Origin: the human T2T-CHM13v2.0 reference genome, Homo sapiens
Reading direction: 5' to 3' (one strand)
DNA: 64,000 nucleotides
NCBI RefSeq assembly: GCF_009914755.1
Contig: NC_060926.1
Part shown: piece after piece, positions 56,993 to 64,000 of the stretch
Layout: each line of letters opens with the position of its first letter
How positions within the stretch are numbered: position 1 is the first letter of the stretch
Position numbers and translations under genes: made by a program
Notes under the pieces: model-generated
The model's input: the letters and a program-made list of their open reading frames with translations, nothing else
Database searches by the model: none
What the model was told of the DNA's origin: nothing

Positions 56993-58029
56993 TAATATAA
57001 CTATCTTAGCTTGTTTGCTATTATTGCCTATGTATGTTATTTCCCATTTTTAAATCGTTAGTCTTGATACCTAGCCTGGCTCCATCTTTTTCTTTCCTGT
57101 AGCCATGTTATTACTCATAAAGTCTTGTGCCCAGTAGCTGAGTTTCTTTCCATTACACCTTCCAGTAAAGGCTGCCATTGGTTCAAATTGGAGTTTGGTA
57201 ATCCTCTGAGGGAACTGAAAATGGTTCAAACATGTGGGCCCTTCTTGAGCCCAACCTCCTCTAGCACTTCCATTTTTCTGGACCCTTAGTCCTTGTTGCT
57301 CAGAGAGTGACAGGTTTATTCTGTTTGATGAGAGGGGTCTCTGACTGGTTCATTCGCCTATATGGACCTCCTTGAAGGGAAAACAGAGCTATTCCAGAAA
57401 GATAAAATCTAATCTAAGTCAGGAATTCTTAAATATGGTTAGAGAGAGCACCTCATTGAGGTTTAGACGAACAGCCAACTGCAGCCCAACCAGCCCAGAT
57501 ATCACTGTATTTTCCTTGAGCTTGTATCTCCTGACTACCCCCATCGCCAACCCCCTGCTCACCATTATTTGTGCTCATCACATATGTCTAGAAATCCTCC
57601 TGGTCCTAAAAGAAATAGAGGTATAGATAGGGGGCCTCCAATCTGATGAGGGAAGAAATCCCATTTGGGGAGGCAGTCCCATTTGTGTAATTAGGAAGTC
57701 ATTTACATCCATGGGGATCCCTAGTTTGACAGGGAGGTAGACCCCACCATTTGGGAGCCTCTGGTTTGATGAAAGAAACCCAGTTTGCTGCTGTGATCAA
57801 AGGCTCTCAGAGAACTTGCTGATGGCTTCAAGTGGGCAGGTCAGCATGTGGAAATAAGCAAGAATTTGCAAAGGGAGACGGAAAACCTTCAGACTAACTG
57901 CTTAGGCTGGGGCTCCAGGACTGCAGAATGAAGAGATGAAGAAAACTGTATCTTATCGCAGCTGAACAAAGGATGTCATGAGCTTACCAGGGCAAAACTC
58001 TGTAGAATTATCTTTTCTAAAAAATGATA

Positions 58030-58324
<295 letters not shown>

Positions 58325-60049
58325 TTAAACAGATTAAATAATTTAAAAATGATAAAGATCCAAATTAAACAGCATAACAGTACATTTTTAAGTGAAAGAA
58401 AAGTCAAGACTGTCCCATGGCAAAAGAGCAGATGCATTCACTTTCTTTTCCTCTTGAGACTTTACCAAAATACATTTTTAAAAGGTATAAATCCTTAATA
58501 GGGAAGAAAATGGAAGGAGTCCTTCAGCAGAAGAAAAGTTTCAACCCATTTCTAGAAATCTTAACGCCAATAAAAGAGAATTCGCTGACAAAGCAAAGTA
58601 GCTGGCAGGATAGAAATCCTGATCTCCTAGAAGCTTCCTAGAAGGAGCTGTAGCTGCCCCACCTGGCCCTACCCTGGAGAGGGTCTGACTCAAAGACAAT
58701 AGACAAGGTGGGTGATGAAAGTAAGAATAAGTGGGAGATTAATTCAAAATATGTATACAGCATGGTAAGGGCACTCTAACCATATCCACGACCTCAGCTG
58801 TCAGAATGGTTTGCAACCAGGCTCTGAATCCTAAGGCCAGAGAAGGGAGCCGCAAAGAGAGAAAAGGACAGAGGGGAGGGGAAGAAGGGAAGAAGTCTCC
58901 TCCAAGGAAATTTCAGCGTCTTGGAGAACAGGGACAACAAGGGTTATTGGTGGTACACCAGAGTAAAGAAAGCCCCAATATCCTGGATTTCAGAAGCCCA
59001 CAGCAAGATGGCCAGCCCCTCAGCCCCAGCCCCCATCTTCCTCTCACCAAAGCCTTCCAGTGACCACCCATAAACACAGAGCTCCCAAATGTATTTCCCA
59101 GTCCCTCATTCTCAACAACCCAGGACCCCAGACACTGAGGAAAGCCTGCAACATAAAAGAGATCTAGAGAGCTAGCTCCTCATCCATCAGAGCCAAAATC
59201 AGCAGATAATGCCTGAACTGGATAAAAGAAGGAAGAATGGTATACACACATTATTTAGATATGTTTTAGAACTAAAAACAGAAACAGATAAAAGCAGATG
59301 TCTCTTAGTAGCAGAACAGGAGGTGGAGGGGTGGGATTGGAAGGGAAGGTGACTGTTGCTTTGCATTATAAGCTCTTCAGTAGTATTTGGTTAGATTTTT
59401 TTAACTTTTAAAATATTTTTAAGGAAAGGTCACACTGTAAAACTATTGCCAAAAAAGGAATCATGAAAATAACTCATTGCTATGTAATCTTAACTTTTTG
59501 TTCCTGAATTTTTTCAAGCAACCAATGCAAACAGAGATTCTCTAGCAGTTTCTTCATGCATGTCCACATCAGGCAGTAAGTGCCTTATGTTTTAGGGAAT
59601 TGTTATAGAGAAGGAACCAGATTAAATTACCCCTAAAGTTTTCCTTTTTGTTTGCCAATTAGATCAAGGAGAAAGATTAAGATCTGAAAGATCAGGTAAG
59701 TCTTCCATCGCCTCCAATATTTCTTGAGCATACACTGTGTATTAAGCAATGTTCTAGATGCTCGAAGACCAGGACAAGGTACTGTCCCGGAACTAACATT
59801 CTAGTGGGAAATAAGAGGCAGAAGACTATAGACAAAAAACAAGGCAATATTAGATAGTATCAAGAGTTAAGCCAAGGATTGAACTGGTTTAGTGACAGAA
59901 AATGGCTTAGTGTAGATGATCAGGTTGGTTGGCCTCTTTGAAGGATAACAGTGACATTTAAGCTGAAGTCTAAATGAAAAGAAAGAACCAGGCCTATAGA
60001 GACTAGGGTGGGAGGGTGAGTGGTATTTCAAGTAGAAAAGTTCCAAGTG

Positions 60050-60363
60050 GGCCAGGCACGGTTGTTCACACCTATAATCCCAACACTAAGGTCTCTGCAG
60101 AAAGCCTTGGGAGTATAGATAAAACATTGTCTCAGGAGTTTGAGATCAGCCGGGGCAACATAGCAAGACCCCATCTCTACTAAAAATTTAAGAATTAGCT
60201 GGCTGTGGTGGTGCGTGCCTGTAGTCCCAGCTACTTGGAAGGCTGAGGTGGGAGGATCACTTGAGCCCTTGGAGGTTAAGGCTGCAGTAAGCTGTGATTG
60301 CACCACTGCACTCCAGCCTGGGTAACAGAGAGAGACCCTGTCTCAAAGAAAAAAAAAAAAAAA
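60050..60363 (+). mobile_element. Alu (J-like) with foreign insertions in the left arm
   Basis: Dimer; TSD TCCAAGTG; non-Alu text within 60088-60132. Confidence 0.92.
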
Positions 60364-60984
60364 TCCAAGTGAAAGTGCTCCTGCAAGTGAAAAAAGGAAA
60401 AACCTCCATTTCCTATGATACGTATTTATGTATTCTAAGAACTGAAAGAAGGCTATCATGACTGACCTTAGTAGCTAAGAGGGTATAAGAAGAAATAATG
60501 ATAAGGCAGATAATACAAAGACCAGATCATGTTGACTTTCTAAGCCATAGCAAGGAGCTGGGTTTTATTATAAACATAACAAAGTCTTTGAAGACATTTA
60601 CACCACAGAGGGACTTGATCTGATCTGTTTTTAAACTACTTCTGGGATGGTTTGAGTCCAGTTATTTGATATGTCTTTAATTATTAAGCAAATAAAGAGG
60701 GTTAAGGTAAACTCAAATCAAGTTAGAATGACTTCTGTATTAGGAAGACAAGCTTTCATTCATTGATCATTCATTCATTTGAAACTATTTCTTGATCATT
60801 TGCTAGTTGCCCAGCATTATGCTGAGAGTCAGAGATAACGCAAGTCCTTGTCCTCAGGGAGGTTGCAGGGACAACTGGCATGGAAAAACCTTATTGAATC
60901 TGATACTCAGCTGGGATAAAGTTTGGGATGAGGAAATGCAAGATTTTCCTTCTCTGAGAAAGTTATCAGGCCATCTGGATTTGA

Positions 60985-61471
60985 TAGGACTCAAGAAGGG
61001 ATGCCTCCTTTCTCTGTCCTCAAGAAGAAATGTAGTAAGCTTGCAAAGATGACCTCCCTCTATCCATGACTTTTGATACATTCTCCTACCCTGACTCGGG
61101 GCTGGCCTTGTGACTCTCTTTGGCTGATGGAACAATGGCAAACATTACCTAAACAGAGACTTGAAAAGCACTTGCACATTGAGGCTTGCTCTTTTTTGAT
61201 ACTCTTGGGAAGCTTGCAACTACTGCCCTGTGAACAAGCCCAAGCTAGCCTGAACAATGAGAACACGTGGCCAAGTGTTCTCCGTTGCTCCAGGTGACAT
61301 AGAGCAAACCACCAGACGTGAGTGTGAGGCCACTCTAGACTGTCCATCCCCAGCCAGGACAGTCTGTACCAGACAATCTACCTAGCCTATCCCCAGAATA
61401 GTAAGACCATATTCTGTTAAGTCAGTACATTTTGGAAGTAGTTTATTATACAGCAAAAGCTAGCTGATACA
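60985..61471 (+). mobile_element. MLT1-type LTR (F/G-like)
   Basis: GGGCTGGCCTTGTGACT...GAAAAGCACTTGCACATTG...TTATACAGCAAAAGCTAGCTGATACA. Confidence 0.8.
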
Positions 61472-63489
61472 AGAATGCAGAAAAGTCCATTCATTTCTCC
61501 CAAAAAACGCCTCTCAAATCACATATTTCAGGCAAAGGACTGGCTCCTCTTTGTCAATGACTTCTGAAAACTGTCCATTTTTTTTCTAACATTTCATAAC
61601 ATCTATTGATTCTTCCTTTGGACACTCACCTACCCTAGGAGAAAAAAAAAATTCACAGCTCTGGCCAAGATAGGAGCTGGTCCTATCAGAGGTATGTACA
61701 AAGGAATCGGAACAGGTACAGTGGAACCCAAGATAAGCATGTGATGGCAAAGTCAGAGGGGCTGCACTGCCAATGTTGAACTGGGATAGACAAGAGCATA
61801 ACAAAGAAGACACCAGGGCAGAAAACACCCTAAGCAGCTTTGCTCTGAACTCTCCCCTCTGCAAGAACCCTTCACCCAGCCCAGGGATCGGCAACTCAAT
61901 GGAGAGCCGGTAAGCACAGTAAGAAAGAGTTTACAGCTTCCTTCCTCAAAAGCTTCCAAGATAAACAAAATAAACACCAGTTGGTCTCAGCTGGTCGCAC
62001 GTTGGCCTGCCTGGAGGAGGGGGATGCCAGAGATAGCTTCTTGAGGTTGCTTCCAGCATTGCATTCTAGGAAATAGACAATTATGAACAACATGGATTTT
62101 ATTATCGTGACATCTCTAAGGTCTCTGCATAAAGCCTAGATTTAAAAATATAAACATGTAAGTGAAAAAATGTCAGGGGAATAAATATTTGTCTTAAAAG
62201 AGACCATCTGTTTCAAATTTTTATTTAAAAAAAAAAAACCCAACATGTGTTTTATTTTAAACTTGTATGTGTGTTGTTATCCTTGGGTTAAGTATTAGGT
62301 AAATAGACAGAAGCATTGAGAATCCATTTTCCAGCAAATTTTGGTTAGAAATCCTCACACACGTGACTCAGGAGATAATTTGGGGGCTAATTGGAGCTTT
62401 GTGGGCAGCCAACTCCTTGCAGACCTCTCCCCCATGCAGTCCCTGTTTGATACGGATGAGGATTTCCCTGGCACTAGTGTTTGTTTTGGACAAGACGGTA
62501 TGTTACACCTCCGGGGACTCAGTCAACACAACACAACACAACACACTGCAGGCTGCTCCAAGGCCAGCCCAGTTGCACACCCAGATGTAGGTGCAGCCAG
62601 TGGGGCAGAACCACAGAGCCCACTTCTGTTTGGGCCTCAGTTGTGGCCTCAAAGTTCAGTCCCTTTGGGTAAAAATCCTGTTTGATGGTGATAGCTAGGC
62701 TGGCAGGGGTGGGGTGTCAAGAAAATCTTCCTAAGGAAATGACTGAGAGCTGGTCCTGGTGGGTGAACAGGGGAGACGCATGGAGGAGGCCGGTCCTGAA
62801 AGAGGGTGCAGCTTGGAATAATGATGGGGTCTGGGGTATTTGGGGAAAGGCATCAAGCTCAGTGACTGTGGAGCAGGACATGAGATGGAGAATGGCGGCA
62901 GATGAAGCTGAGTGGTGGCTGGGAACAGGGAACGGCTCTCACTTTTTTTGACTGTTCTTCATCGCTTCCCCATTGCTTCCAGGCAATTCTGGTGGTGCCG
63001 TCAAGCTCTCCATTCAGAGCACCATCCTACCCCACCCCTGACACAGCCTTCGGCCCAAGAGTGCTCATGACCTGGTTAGGGCCACAAGGAGCCCTTTTCA
63101 GGGAGATTAATGGATCTGCAAGAAACTGCTTTCCCTTTCCTTCTGTGGTCATGGGCTGAAAGCATCCAGTAAGGCATCTTTCTCTTTCCCACCTTGTGGA
63201 GCGTTCCTGTTCGTGGATTAAAACTAGCATAGTAAAAACAAAGGGGAGGGAAAGGGGGAGGGAGAAAAGGAGCGGAAGTGGGGGAGGGATTAATTATATT
63301 CTTTGAGGTCCTAGGTCCAGCTTCACCTAACCAGGATGTTTCTGGTTTTACTAAAGCTGGTCAGGGTTGGTTTTCCAAGAAATGATTGACTAACACAGTT
63401 GGAGTCAAAGTTAAACTTGCAATAAAAGGCAGACAACTTTACCTGCAGGCAACAGTCCAGGGGTTCCCTGCAGTTGAAAGAGATAACTG

Positions 63490-63860
63490 CTCACCAAAAT
63501 ATATGCTCCCACCTCCTAACTAGGAAAGAGAAGCCCAGCTAAGAATTACATTACCAGCCCCCGACGCTCCCTTGCAACTATATGTGGCCTGTGACTGTCG
63601 CTCACCAGTGGAATGTGAGCAGAAGTTCTATGAGTCATTTCCAGACCAAGACTTTAAAAGTGGCCCTGCCTTCTCCATACTCTCTTTACCCTTCTGCCTG
63701 CATGGGGAGGATGATGAGAGGTCCTGCAGGATAAGGACACGACAGCAAAATTTCCATCAAATTTCCATCGAAAAGGAAATAAACTTCTTTTGCATTTGAG
63801 CCACTAATGCAGTATTGGATCTAGTCATTACAGCAGCCAGGTTTAGCCTAAGTGGTACAT
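63490..63860 (+). mobile_element. Old ERVL/MaLR LTR
   Basis: TGTGGCCTGTGACT...CCAGTGGAATGTGAGCAGAAG...GGAAATAAACTTCTTTTGCATTTGAGCCACT...TTACAGCAGC. Confidence 0.6.
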
Positions 63861-64000
63861 CCCCTTCAACATTCTGGAAGTTGCTTGCAGTTCCAGAAGT
63901 CCACTGCCTACCATATTGCTCTCCATTGCCAGTTATCCAGATCAGTGACCCCTACTGCTGAAATCCACCACCACAAAATCTGTTAGTTTCATGTATTTAT

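Overview
Primate, almost certainly human, genomic DNA. It is gene-poor and dominated by repeats: about 24 Alus, THE1/MST/MLT/MER21 LTRs, old L1 fragments, and two large decayed hAT transposons with readable transposase motifs. No conventional protein-coding gene is supported; nearly all ORF-track entries are Alu/LTR-derived or chance ORFs. Solid non-repeat features are a full-length RPS12 processed retrocopy with an uninterrupted 132-codon ORF (5670-6186, minus) and a Y3 RNA retrocopy nested in a MER5 element (12788-12887, minus). A probable spliced lncRNA runs from a TATA-containing, TF-motif-dense promoter at about 33.0 kb to an ATTAAA at about 49.5 kb. From memory, unverified, this layout fits human 2p21 (RPS12P4 and LINC01913). 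The most interesting unexplained items are two overlapping ~95-codon ORFs created if the predicted first and last lncRNA exons join, a 305-bp ~95%-identical direct duplication 2.3 kb apart, a perfect palindrome doubling a DUX-like motif in an MLT2A LTR, and several locally templated insertion scars. I see no evidence for a wholly new multi-gene system. Repeat boundaries and subfamilies were assigned by eye and are approximate.
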